A DNA stretch of 64,000 bases, from the IMG/VR virus record IMGVR_UViG_3300028192_000001, positions 1 to 64,000 of that record; one strand, 5' to 3'. The notes under the pieces were generated by a model that was not told the DNA's origin, did not search any database, and saw nothing but the letters and a program-made list of their open reading frames with translations. Source of the stretch: a virus. Both the position numbers and the translations under genes were made by a program. Below are positions 38,726-47,976 of this stretch, piece after piece (within the stretch, counting starts at the first letter, position 1; each line of letters starts with the position of its first letter).

Positions 38726-39631
38726 TTAATTGAAGTTATCTGTTACTGCAAATACTGGTCTACTATGCTGTACAGCACTTGCATTATTAGGATAATACGA
38801 AGTTACCGTTAATATAGTTGAACCACTTACATCTTCATCAACCGCCGCGCCAGTTCCTGTTTGGTCACCTGCGTCTTCATCAAAGCAAGTTACAATAAAT
38901 TCTAATACAGTTGAACTAGAGTCTCTACAAGTAACAAAAAAGTCATTTTCTGCATAAACACCACCGCCGCCAACGTCATGTTGGAAAACTTGTTGTGCTG
39001 ATCCTGTCATATCGACATTACCTATTGTAGTTTCATCACCGTTTCCTGTTGATGTTGTTGCAGTTCTACCATACTTAATAGTACCTGCATCACCAAATAA
39101 AGTACTCCATGATGTATATTTTGTTCCAGATCCACCTGATACTGAAAGTACCATTCTTATTTCTCCGCCTGCATTAAAGTATTGTCTTTTTGCATCTGCA
39201 GAAGAAAATGTAACTGTATAAGTTGTGTTAATTGTATCTGTTGATCCACCCCAAGCAGAAGATCTTGTTTCTGTTGCTTCTGTTGCCGTTGCAAAATTTC
39301 CTGCGGCCGCATTTAATCTATTTGTTTCTGCCGCTGTTCCTTCTGCTTCGTATTGTGCCCAACCTTTTTTAGTTGTTGCGTTAGTTTCTTCGATTATATC
39401 ACCTGCTGATAGGCTGACAATAGCCGAAGTTGCTGATGCTGTTTGATGCAGAATACATTTATTAATATCTGCGTGTACAAGTGCTAAATGAGATGCTGTT
39501 ACTACGTCGCCTGCGGCAACTTGTCCTGATGTTACAGTTACTCCGTAACCTTTGTCGCTTGACCCAGTACCCAAAACATTTGACACTTTTGTTTGTAATG
39601 TGTTGTATCTTGCCGCTGTTACTACTGACAT
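38726..39631 (-). CDS. virion structural protein
   Basis: A/G/S/T-rich 301 aa, YFNAGGEIR motif, GAAGGA RBS, sits at the end of the tail module. Confidence 0.65.
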   Translation of the reverse strand: MSVVTAARYNTLQTKVSNVLGTGSSDKGYGVTVTSGQVAAGDVVTASHLALVHADINKCILHQTASATSAIVSLSAGDIIEETNATTKKGWAQYEAEGTAAETNRLNAAAGNFATATEATETRSSAWGGSTDTINTTYTVTFSSADAKRQYFNAGGEIRMVLSVSGGSGTKYTSWSTLFGDAGTIKYGRTATTSTGNGDETTIGNVDMTGSAQQVFQHDVGGGGVYAENDFFVTCRDSSSTVLEFIVTCFDEDAGDQTGTGAAVDEDVSGSTILTVTSYYPNNASAVQHSRPVFAVTDNFN

Positions 39632-39703
39632 AATTTTAATTCCTTCTTAGTCTAAATGTTTAATATTAAACATATTTATTTATCGTCGTTAATTAGGCAC
39701 TTA

Positions 39704-41329
39704 TTACAGTTTAAGTACGCATTCTATTAGTTTTATACCACTATTATCACTGTCAACCATTGCTACTCCTACCATATGGGCATCAACATCTGCATTTTTT
39801 GATGCTACAGAATAATGATTCCATGGTAGTGCTACTCCTACTGTATCGCTTACGTAAACTGCGTCTCCTTTATTCACTTGTCCAATAACTTTTACTGGAA
39901 CCCTTCCTTTAAGTCCTACAATTTGTCCATTTGCATCAGCATTCATTAGATATGCTGGATTTTCTGATACAACACCAATTGGTATACTACCTAGTTGTGA
40001 AGCAGTTGCTTCTTTTTCACCACCTATACATATAACAGTACCTATAGGATACTCTTCATCAGTAAGATATTTTTCTGCCAAGTCAGCATATTGAGCCTGC
40101 GTAGCAATTGCGTGTACTACATTGGCTCTTAAATCAACCAAGTATCTGTCATTTAAATTATTTCCTGATCTAAAGGCTGTCCAGGCTCCGCCTGCGTTAC
40201 CGTGTGTAGTTGTACCATCATCTGCAAATGATTCATCCCAAACCCAAAATGCATCTTGTAAATTTGGGGATGACGGTCCTTCACCATCATCACTAGATGC
40301 TCCTCTATTAACTTGAAGTCCTGTAAAGTTTACTAAAGCATTAATTACTGATCCTGCTGGACCTTGCTTCATTCGAATCATGTTATCTTCAACATCTAAT
40401 GTTGATACTGATGTTGATACACTCTCAGCAGACGTTAATGTTCCTGTAACTGTTAAATCACCAGTGACTACCGTAGTATTTTCTAATTGTAACGTTCCAT
40501 TATTTGTATTATTTTTTAATTTTGCATCTAAACCAGATATTGTAAGTGTTAAATCACTATCTGCTCCAATTGTAACACCACTATCATTTATAACTCCTAA
40601 TGAACCACTGGTTGTATCATTAGCATCTGCTCTTAAAAATTGTGATGCTGAAATTGCCACTGAACCTATTGTATCATAAAGTCCTTCTGCTAATGTGGCT
40701 GTTCCTTGAAATTTGTTTCCTGCTAATGCAGACGATAATGTAATTCCTTTGTATACTGTAGAAAATCCTGCTGAAATTAATTCAGCACCTGGTGTACCAA
40801 CAGTATTTTTTGGTTGAAATTCTTCTGACGCTACAACATATATTATCGTATCACCAACAACACCTTTTAATACATTTTTATTTGTACCTAATGATGATTC
40901 AATTACTTCAGGCACCATTAACGTAACACCTGAGCCTGCAACTGATGTTGGACCAATTAAAACCCAAGTACTACCACTATAAACATATAATTGTGAATTA
41001 GTAGTATCAAACCACATATCACCTTTTACAGAACTAGTTGGTTGCGTTACAGTAGTTGTTGATCCACCTACTGGTTTCCATTTGGTACCAGTATAAACAT
41101 TTACTTGATTATTTGTCGCATCATACCAAAGTTGCCCTTTAACTTTGTTATCTGGTGCTGTTGTATTTGAGAAGTTTTCTAATAATTTTACAAAATTCTC
41201 ATTTAACTTTTCACCAAATCCTGCGTATCCTTTTCCAAATAATGAAATATCAGTAGTTGTAGTATCAATTGTACCATCTTTTAATATTACTACTGTTGCT
41301 CCAGTTGTATCGTTTATTGTATAAGACAT
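39704..41329 (-). CDS. tail fibre/baseplate-attached protein with C-terminal peptidase G2-like intramolecular chaperone
   Basis: N-module LFGKGYAGFGE..NENF..LLENF...GQLWYD; C-module AQYADLAEKY...GVVSENPAYLMN...GRVPVKV.G.V.KGD. Confidence 0.75.
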   Translation of the reverse strand: MSYTINDTTGATVVILKDGTIDTTTTDISLFGKGYAGFGEKLNENFVKLLENFSNTTAPDNKVKGQLWYDATNNQVNVYTGTKWKPVGGSTTTVTQPTSSVKGDMWFDTTNSQLYVYSGSTWVLIGPTSVAGSGVTLMVPEVIESSLGTNKNVLKGVVGDTIIYVVASEEFQPKNTVGTPGAELISAGFSTVYKGITLSSALAGNKFQGTATLAEGLYDTIGSVAISASQFLRADANDTTSGSLGVINDSGVTIGADSDLTLTISGLDAKLKNNTNNGTLQLENTTVVTGDLTVTGTLTSAESVSTSVSTLDVEDNMIRMKQGPAGSVINALVNFTGLQVNRGASSDDGEGPSSPNLQDAFWVWDESFADDGTTTHGNAGGAWTAFRSGNNLNDRYLVDLRANVVHAIATQAQYADLAEKYLTDEEYPIGTVICIGGEKEATASQLGSIPIGVVSENPAYLMNADANGQIVGLKGRVPVKVIGQVNKGDAVYVSDTVGVALPWNHYSVASKNADVDAHMVGVAMVDSDNSGIKLIECVLKL

Positions 41330-41332
41330 ATC

Positions 41333-41554
41333 CTACTCGACCTTTTCTATGCTAACTCTATTAGGGGCGCTAGTAGATTCGTTTTCCCTAATCTTTACCA
41401 ACCACCATACATCTCCTACTAGTTTAATCAACATAGTTGCTAATTGAGGATCTATGCTTTGTTGAAGTAAAGAAAACTCGCCGGGTGTCCAGAGTTCTTT
41501 TTCATCTATACTATTAATATAGTCTGATACGTCTTTTTTTGTAATCTCTGCCAT
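41333..41554 (-). CDS. hypothetical protein
   Basis: 73 aa, AGGAG RBS. Confidence 0.65.
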   Translation of the reverse strand: MAEITKKDVSDYINSIDEKELWTPGEFSLLQQSIDPQLATMLIKLVGDVWWLVKIRENESTSAPNRVSIEKVE

Positions 41555-41578
41555 TTTGTTAAATGCTCCTATTAATTA

Positions 41579-42070
41579 CTATTTATTAGTGTTATGTTGC
41601 TTCTTGATTTGTTCTTCATCTGATATCCAATCCAAATTTTTGTATTTTTCACTTGTAAGATCTCTTAAAAATGTCTTAACATCACTTTCTGTAAGCGTCA
41701 TATTGTGATATTTAACATATCTTTTATGTAGTCCTTTTTCTTTTGTTGCAGTATATACTAACCTCATACCTTTAGATCTAGCAAGTTCCATTATAGCATC
41801 AATACACATTTTTAAGGATTTATGGGCGGTTCTTGTACGTAATCCACTATCACCTTCTGGTTCTTCAACTATAACCCATTCCATAAATGCAAACTTTGTA
41901 CCTACACCTATATACAATCCTCCACCACAAATAGGTGTACCATCATCACTTTCTACTATAATGCCATCAGGAGGTAAGCATTCCTTTGGTACTATACCAA
42001 ATTCCCATTGTTTCCACCATCGAACCAATGTTGAATAATCACTCTCTAGATTCCATTTTCTAGATTTCAT
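41579..42070 (-). CDS. GNAT-like acyltransferase fold protein (tentative)
   Basis: GIIVE..GTPICGGGLY..AFMEWV...IMELARSKGMRLVYT pattern resembles GNAT topology. Confidence 0.45.
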   Translation of the reverse strand: MKSRKWNLESDYSTLVRWWKQWEFGIVPKECLPPDGIIVESDDGTPICGGGLYIGVGTKFAFMEWVIVEEPEGDSGLRTRTAHKSLKMCIDAIMELARSKGMRLVYTATKEKGLHKRYVKYHNMTLTESDVKTFLRDLTSEKYKNLDWISDEEQIKKQHNTNK

Positions 42071-42084
42071 TATAAGTTATTTTA

Positions 42085-44271
42085 TTATTTTTTATTAATA
42101 AGGTCAACGACTTGTTCGGCAATTTCTTCATCTGTTTTATGATACTCACTAAAATATTCCTCACCTAACTTTTCAAGTCCTTTTTGTTCAAATCCATCAA
42201 AATAATCTGTAAACAATGTATCGTTTATTAAGATTCTTCTATTCTCACAACCAAACACATATACAGTATGATCTCCTGGACCTAATGATTTACCAAGTTC
42301 GCTATCTAGAACTCTGATCCATTTGGTATTTTCTTTAACCATATGAGATCCTGAAACTTTTATTCCTTTATAGTCATATAGATCATTAACTAAAAATTTT
42401 CCACAACCAAACACAAAACCACCAACGGCTACTTGATCTCTTAATGTAACTTCTTCTACTGGTTTTGTTGATCCATCTGCCATTGTAATTGGTGTGCCTG
42501 CAATAAAGCAACCTTTATTGTGTACAACATGACCATCAGCAATATATAAATTATCATTTGAAACATGGAAGTTATATAAAGGCATATCCGGATCGTTTAT
42601 TTCCTTTGATTTAATCTCTGTAATTTCAACCAAGCCACTATCCATCACAAGTTTGTCGCCAACTTTTAGTTCGCCTTTTAATTGATCATAAAGTTCAACG
42701 CCATCACGTTCTTTTGTTTTCTCTGGTTTAATTGATTTCCATCCTTCTTCTGTCATAAATGGATGTTCTGATGTAAAGAAATAATTCTCACTATCATTAA
42801 ATGCATATAATTTTCTATTTGATAATACTGTTGGATCAAGAGCAATAACTTTATTATCTCCATTTTTTCCTTTTACTATATCGCCAACTATAATATCTTC
42901 AATATTTTTATCTGTACCATCTGCCATACGAACCTTGGTACCTGCAATAAAACAACTACCGCCGCCACCAATTGGTCCGCTATAATTTGATGCCGAACCT
43001 GTTGAAGAAGTTCCATCGTCTTTGTCATAAAAACCATACTTTGCACTGGGATTCCATTGGTATTGACCAACTGAAGGAACTTGTGGACTATATTGACCAG
43101 TAGGTAAATTACCTGTTGCTTCATGTGGATTAACATAAGAAGGTTCGCTTGGAATAATTCCATCACCTTGGCCTCCACCTGCTTGATGCGGTGGTGCACT
43201 TGCAGGAACATTTTCTACAACTGGTGTTCCACCAGTTCCATCTGTTCCTGATGTTGATGCGCCTCCTATGTCTCCAAATCCATCAGCCATTGATGTAAAA
43301 ATAACATCACCACTAAACAATGCTTTCCATACCCCTGATACTTTGGTATATCCTCCAATTAATTTTTTCCATACACCTGCTACCTTATATTTCATTGTTG
43401 GCATTTTCTTCCATGTACCTCCAACTTTAAAAAATCCTTCTGCTGGTATATTAAAAACTACAATTGCTAATCCATCTTTACCTGCATGACCTTCTGCTCC
43501 GCCTATTGCAAGAGGATTTGTATAAGCAGTATAACCTAACACAGATGTAGGAGTTTGTTGTGGTGTTAATCCTGATCCACTGTTTGATGTTCCGCCTGCA
43601 GGTACTAAATTTCCTCCTGAGTACCCAGCATAGCCTCCCATATCTCCGATGTTACCCGAGCCACCTTTTCCGGCCTTGTTACCGCCTCCAGCGCCTCCGC
43701 CACCGGCACCATCACCTGTGTGTTTAGCACCATTTTCTCCTAAGTAACCTGGTGTATGTGCTGTTGCTGAATTTGTATTAAGGCCAGCACCCCCTCTTGA
43801 AGCCATTCCAGATCCACCTGCTCCGCCACCGCCACCAGCGATAGCAATTTTAATATTATCTAATGTTTGTCCCGATTCGTATAATGTAATTGTTGTGGCA
43901 CCTCCACCACCACCTCCAGAACCTGATGTTCCAAATGTACCCGATTTTCCACCGGTACCACCTGAATACCCAGTCATACCTTTTCCGTTGATACCACCTT
44001 GTGCAGTAGTTCCAGAAGATCCGCCACCAGCGCCGCCTCCAACAGCAACTACCATGCTTTTTTTACCAGCATATGCAGACATATCTATTCCTGTGGCTGT
44101 AACATATTGTCCTGCGGCCGCGTCTGCACCTTCTCCAGCATAATCTGAACCACCAGAACCTCCGGCACCGCCCCATAGATAAACATCTATTGATGCAACA
44201 CCAATTGGTATATGTGCTATTTGAAGTTTTCCTGTGTACTTAAAGACTTTAGTAATTGTAGTGATTGCCAT
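42085..44271 (-). CDS. glycine-rich tail adhesin-like protein with two tandem C-terminal Hint domains
   Basis: Polyglycine blocks, three KVxGxWK repeats, CFIAGT (Cys440)...FTSEHPF...VVHN (Asn585), KG, then second CFIAGT (Cys588)...SGSH. Confidence 0.8.
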   Translation of the reverse strand: MAITTITKVFKYTGKLQIAHIPIGVASIDVYLWGGAGGSGGSDYAGEGADAAAGQYVTATGIDMSAYAGKKSMVVAVGGGAGGGSSGTTAQGGINGKGMTGYSGGTGGKSGTFGTSGSGGGGGGATTITLYESGQTLDNIKIAIAGGGGGAGGSGMASRGGAGLNTNSATAHTPGYLGENGAKHTGDGAGGGGAGGGNKAGKGGSGNIGDMGGYAGYSGGNLVPAGGTSNSGSGLTPQQTPTSVLGYTAYTNPLAIGGAEGHAGKDGLAIVVFNIPAEGFFKVGGTWKKMPTMKYKVAGVWKKLIGGYTKVSGVWKALFSGDVIFTSMADGFGDIGGASTSGTDGTGGTPVVENVPASAPPHQAGGGQGDGIIPSEPSYVNPHEATGNLPTGQYSPQVPSVGQYQWNPSAKYGFYDKDDGTSSTGSASNYSGPIGGGGSCFIAGTKVRMADGTDKNIEDIIVGDIVKGKNGDNKVIALDPTVLSNRKLYAFNDSENYFFTSEHPFMTEEGWKSIKPEKTKERDGVELYDQLKGELKVGDKLVMDSGLVEITEIKSKEINDPDMPLYNFHVSNDNLYIADGHVVHNKGCFIAGTPITMADGSTKPVEEVTLRDQVAVGGFVFGCGKFLVNDLYDYKGIKVSGSHMVKENTKWIRVLDSELGKSLGPGDHTVYVFGCENRRILINDTLFTDYFDGFEQKGLEKLGEEYFSEYHKTDEEIAEQVVDLINKK
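42517..42954 (-). other. Hint (intein-like) domain 1, 146 aa, no homing endonuclease
   Basis: Block A CFIAGTKVRMADG, block B FTSEHPF, block F/G LYNFHV...YIADGHVVHN; residue after Asn is Lys. Confidence 0.85.
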
Positions 44272-44275
44272 GGGA

Positions 44276-45709
44276 TTATACCTCCCTTACAAACCAAAAG
44301 TCCCCGTCATTTCCGTCACCTGAGGTTGGCAAAGTTGTATTAACAAATTTTGCTGACCCTCCCCATAGGTTACCAAATGTAACAACGGCACCAGTGGTTG
44401 GTACGTTTAAGTTAGAAGTGTCGCCTTCTGCAATTGCTCCAACGGCACCTAATGTTGCTGTTGTAACTTTAACATTACCTGACGCATTTGTTTTTAATAC
44501 TTTTTCTTTATTAGTATGACCATCTACTGTGGCATCTGCTAATGTTATAACTTGAGAATATGCTTGATTTTCTCCAGCAACCCAATTATTTGTTGAAACT
44601 TGATAAAATAATCTTGCGTCATCTGTATCACTAGTTTCAGCAATTAATCCTGCGTCTGCTTCTGCGTTACCTGTGTTTACTTTAATAAATGCATCATCAT
44701 ATGTACTAACGTTTGAACTTGCTGTATCATGTTCTCCCGATACTGTTAGATTTCCTGTAATTGTTACATCACCTGTAAGTGCTATATTACCTGTTGTTCC
44801 TGTAATTGCTATTGGAGTTTTTGTTACTCCGCCATCATTAATTGTTACTGATAAATTTTTATCTTGTGATGGATTTCTTAGTATTACATGATTATTGCTA
44901 TCAACTTCAATTTCAAAATCTGACGTTGATCCTGTTGTTCTTCCTATGCTTAATTGATTTGATAACGATGCTACATCATTTTGTATTGTTAATGATCCTG
45001 CCATTGCGTCACTTGTATCTGCTCTTACAAAATTTCCACCTGCAATAACTGTTGCTGATGTATTTGTTGTGCTTGATACTTCAAGTGCCGCCGCCTGTGC
45101 TGACGATCCTTTAAAACTAGCACCTAATAAATTGTTTAATGTAATTCCTGGAAATATCTTTGGAAATCCTGTATTTGCGGCAAGCCACGTAGCATCAGGT
45201 GTAAATTCATTTTTTGATAAAATTGCAACTCTTGTATTTGCCGCATACATTGAAGAAACAACGTGTGTTCCTCCGTTATATGTTACTGTGTCAATTTTCC
45301 ATCCTGATTGTGTTTGTCCATCTGCCCATACTGGCCCAACTAATTTCCATGATGCTCCTGTATAAGCATAAACCTGATTGTCATCTGTATCTAACCAAAG
45401 ATCTCCTGTTGCAGAAGATGTTGGTTCTGTTGCTGATGCTCTTGCTCCACCTGTTGGTACAAAAGCAGTACCATTATATACTTTTATTGATCCTGCTGAT
45501 TCATCATACCAAAGTTCTCCTTTTACTGGAGCAACTGGTGCCGATGCTGATGCTGAATTTTCTAGTAATCTTACTAAATCTTCATTTAATGCTTCACCAA
45601 ATCCTGAATAACTCTTACCAAACAATATTAACGATGTTGTATTATCGATTGTACCGTCAGTAATTGTTGCTATTTGATCACCTTTTGTGTTATTGATATA
45701 GTATGGCAT
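44276..45709 (-). CDS. tail fibre/baseplate-attached protein
   Basis: Same N-module as the 39704 and 45724 genes; ends PTSGDGNDGDFWF. Confidence 0.75.
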   Translation of the reverse strand: MPYYINNTKGDQIATITDGTIDNTTSLILFGKSYSGFGEALNEDLVRLLENSASASAPVAPVKGELWYDESAGSIKVYNGTAFVPTGGARASATEPTSSATGDLWLDTDDNQVYAYTGASWKLVGPVWADGQTQSGWKIDTVTYNGGTHVVSSMYAANTRVAILSKNEFTPDATWLAANTGFPKIFPGITLNNLLGASFKGSSAQAAALEVSSTTNTSATVIAGGNFVRADTSDAMAGSLTIQNDVASLSNQLSIGRTTGSTSDFEIEVDSNNHVILRNPSQDKNLSVTINDGGVTKTPIAITGTTGNIALTGDVTITGNLTVSGEHDTASSNVSTYDDAFIKVNTGNAEADAGLIAETSDTDDARLFYQVSTNNWVAGENQAYSQVITLADATVDGHTNKEKVLKTNASGNVKVTTATLGAVGAIAEGDTSNLNVPTTGAVVTFGNLWGGSAKFVNTTLPTSGDGNDGDFWFVREV

Positions 45710-45720
45710 AATATTACCCT

Positions 45721-45728
45721 TATTTATA
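45721..45728 (-). promoter_or_regulatory. T4-type late promoter consensus TATAAATA
   Basis: Exact TATAAATA 11 nt upstream of ATG 45709; overlaps the upstream TAA stop. Confidence 0.5.
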
Positions 45729-47235
45729 GTCTCCCTACACTAATTAAAATGACACTTTCTTTCACGTCTTCTTTAGTTTCTATTGCTTTTCCTACAATAG
45801 ATCCAAGTACTGGAGACATGGCTTTTTTTGCACATCCTGGTTTATCACCTGCTGTTGTAAGCAAATCTCCTTTTGAAACTGTTCCATAAACTCTGCATTT
45901 TACTTTTCCTACAAGAGCAACTATTTGCCCTTCTTGATCTGTATTCATTAGATATGCTGGATTTTCACTAATAACTCCTGCAACTCTTGTGTCATTTGAT
46001 ATTGTTGATTGTGTAACTTCTTTACTACCTCCAAATATAACAACTGTACCTACTTGATAATTTCCATCTGATTCATACACCTCAGCCAAATCAGCATATT
46101 GAGCCTGACTTGCTGTTGTAGTTAAAATATTTGTAGATGGATTATAAGAAAGTCCTGCATCAGTAAACAATGCTTCGTTACCATTTACTGTTACAAATGT
46201 TGGATATACTGTTGTATCTTCTGTATCTTTTGCTGTAACCGTTACTTTTGTTGCAATAGGGGCCGTGCCTGTAATATCACCTGTAACGTTTCCAGTGAAT
46301 GCTCCTACAAATGATGTTGCTTTAATTGTGCCTGTTACATCAAGTTCAGCAGTTGGCGTTGAATTTTTAATTCCAATTCTACCTGTTGACCCATCAATCC
46401 TAAGCATTTCTGTTGCAGTTCCATCGACATTTGTTTTAAAAATTATATCTTTATCTTGTGTAACATTTTCAAGTGTAACATTATTTGAATCTACTTCAAT
46501 TTGAAAATCTTGTTGATCACCAATATGAATTCCATCATTAGTATCCAATGTTAACCTACCGGTCATTGTATCTGCCGCAGTGGCAGTTATAAATCCTGTT
46601 GCATCAATTCCACCAAGTGCATCTGCATTCGTGGCTGTGCCTTGAAACTTTACTCCAGTTATTGCTGTTGTTAAGGTTATTCCTTTTTTAACAGTACCAA
46701 ATCCTGTAATAGCAGTTTTAGGAGTAAATTCATTTTCTGAAATAACAGCAATTAAATTTGTATTATTCCAAAGTTTTGTAATTACTTGCGTTGCATCTGT
46801 ACTATCTGGAATAGAATCAAATGCAAATCCACTTGTACTTGATGACGATGGACCAACTAAAACGTGAGATGCTCCATTATAAAAATACAATTGGTCAGTA
46901 TCTGAATCGATCCATATATCACCTTGTGATGCCGACGATGGCTCAGAAGTTTGATAAACTGCTCCACCTAATGGTTGAAATAATACACCTGAATATACTT
47001 TTAATCTTTGTTTTGATTCATCATACCAAAGTTGTCCTGCAATTGGTTTATTCGGAGCAGTTGTATTTGCAAAATTTTCTAATAAATGTAAAAAGTCTTC
47101 AGCAACAATTTCACCATATCCTGAATATCCTTTACCTACAAAAGCAAGATCTGTTTCAGAATTTAAAATAGAATCTTGAACAATGTAAGAACTAACAGAT
47201 GCTGATGAATTGGTTTTATTTACTGTATAAGCCAT
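45724..47235 (-). CDS. tail fibre protein with C-terminal peptidase G2-like intramolecular chaperone
   Basis: Shared N-module; GRIGIKNSTPTAELDVTG fibre motif; AQYADLAEVY...GVISENPAYLMN...KGD. Confidence 0.75.
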   Translation of the reverse strand: MAYTVNKTNSSASVSSYIVQDSILNSETDLAFVGKGYSGYGEIVAEDFLHLLENFANTTAPNKPIAGQLWYDESKQRLKVYSGVLFQPLGGAVYQTSEPSSASQGDIWIDSDTDQLYFYNGASHVLVGPSSSSTSGFAFDSIPDSTDATQVITKLWNNTNLIAVISENEFTPKTAITGFGTVKKGITLTTAITGVKFQGTATNADALGGIDATGFITATAADTMTGRLTLDTNDGIHIGDQQDFQIEVDSNNVTLENVTQDKDIIFKTNVDGTATEMLRIDGSTGRIGIKNSTPTAELDVTGTIKATSFVGAFTGNVTGDITGTAPIATKVTVTAKDTEDTTVYPTFVTVNGNEALFTDAGLSYNPSTNILTTTASQAQYADLAEVYESDGNYQVGTVVIFGGSKEVTQSTISNDTRVAGVISENPAYLMNTDQEGQIVALVGKVKCRVYGTVSKGDLLTTAGDKPGCAKKAMSPVLGSIVGKAIETKEDVKESVILISVGRL

Positions 47236-47238
47236 TTA

Positions 47239-47967
47239 TTAATATCCTGTATTACCACCCGATGTTGTTCCGCTTACAACATTACTTGTTGACAATGCTG
47301 TTGAACTTGTTTCTGTAAATGTTGTTAATGATTGTACTCTTAAAGTATAATCTATTTGAATTAATCTGTTTAATGATTTTTGTACTGGGTGGAATATAAC
47401 GTGTGTTAGCAACTTATTTGTTGCTCCATCTTCTGTTCCTTCCCATGATCTAAGTCCTAATTCATCAAACACATAATCCCCATCAAAATTTGTTGTATTA
47501 TCAAAAGCCGCCTGTCCTGTTGGCTCTCCATAATCTAAAGTGCAAGTACAAACAATGTCAGTAAATTTATTACCTGCTGTATGTCGTACTTCCATTTTAT
47601 TTCGTGTTGTGTCTTTGTTTGTAGCAGAATTATCATCTATTACTTTATAATATGTTTGTGCGTATAACCCTGAATTTGTTCCTGTTGAATTTGGTGTTAA
47701 ATATGTTATTACTCCAGTTGGATCAACTGTCGTGCCTCCATTTCCAAATGCCATTTCATGTATAAATCCTGTTGTCTTATTCCCTAATGAATTTGCTAAT
47801 GCTTGAGACATATTCTCATAGTGAATAGCATTTCTTTTATCCACCATTACTTCTCCGGTATCCGGATCAAATATTTTAATGTGTCCAGTCATCATTACAC
47901 CCGATTCGTCATTTGGTACGTTTGATTTATTCTCTGGTTTTTCTTCTGTTTTGATTTCCTGTTTCAT
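47239..47967 (-). CDS. baseplate/tail structural protein
   Basis: GHIKIFD...KRNAIH, FGNGG, FDELGL, LTHVIFHPVQKS; S/T-rich tail; located in the tail module. Confidence 0.65.
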   Translation of the reverse strand: MKQEIKTEEKPENKSNVPNDESGVMMTGHIKIFDPDTGEVMVDKRNAIHYENMSQALANSLGNKTTGFIHEMAFGNGGTTVDPTGVITYLTPNSTGTNSGLYAQTYYKVIDDNSATNKDTTRNKMEVRHTAGNKFTDIVCTCTLDYGEPTGQAAFDNTTNFDGDYVFDELGLRSWEGTEDGATNKLLTHVIFHPVQKSLNRLIQIDYTLRVQSLTTFTETSSTALSTSNVVSGTTSGGNTGY

Positions 47968-47976
47968 CTACTGTAT

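Noticed and set aside
42517-42954. Canonical mobile intein
   Set aside because: No homing endonuclease and the +1 residue is Lys, not Cys/Ser/Thr; treated as a BIL/Hedgehog-type Hint
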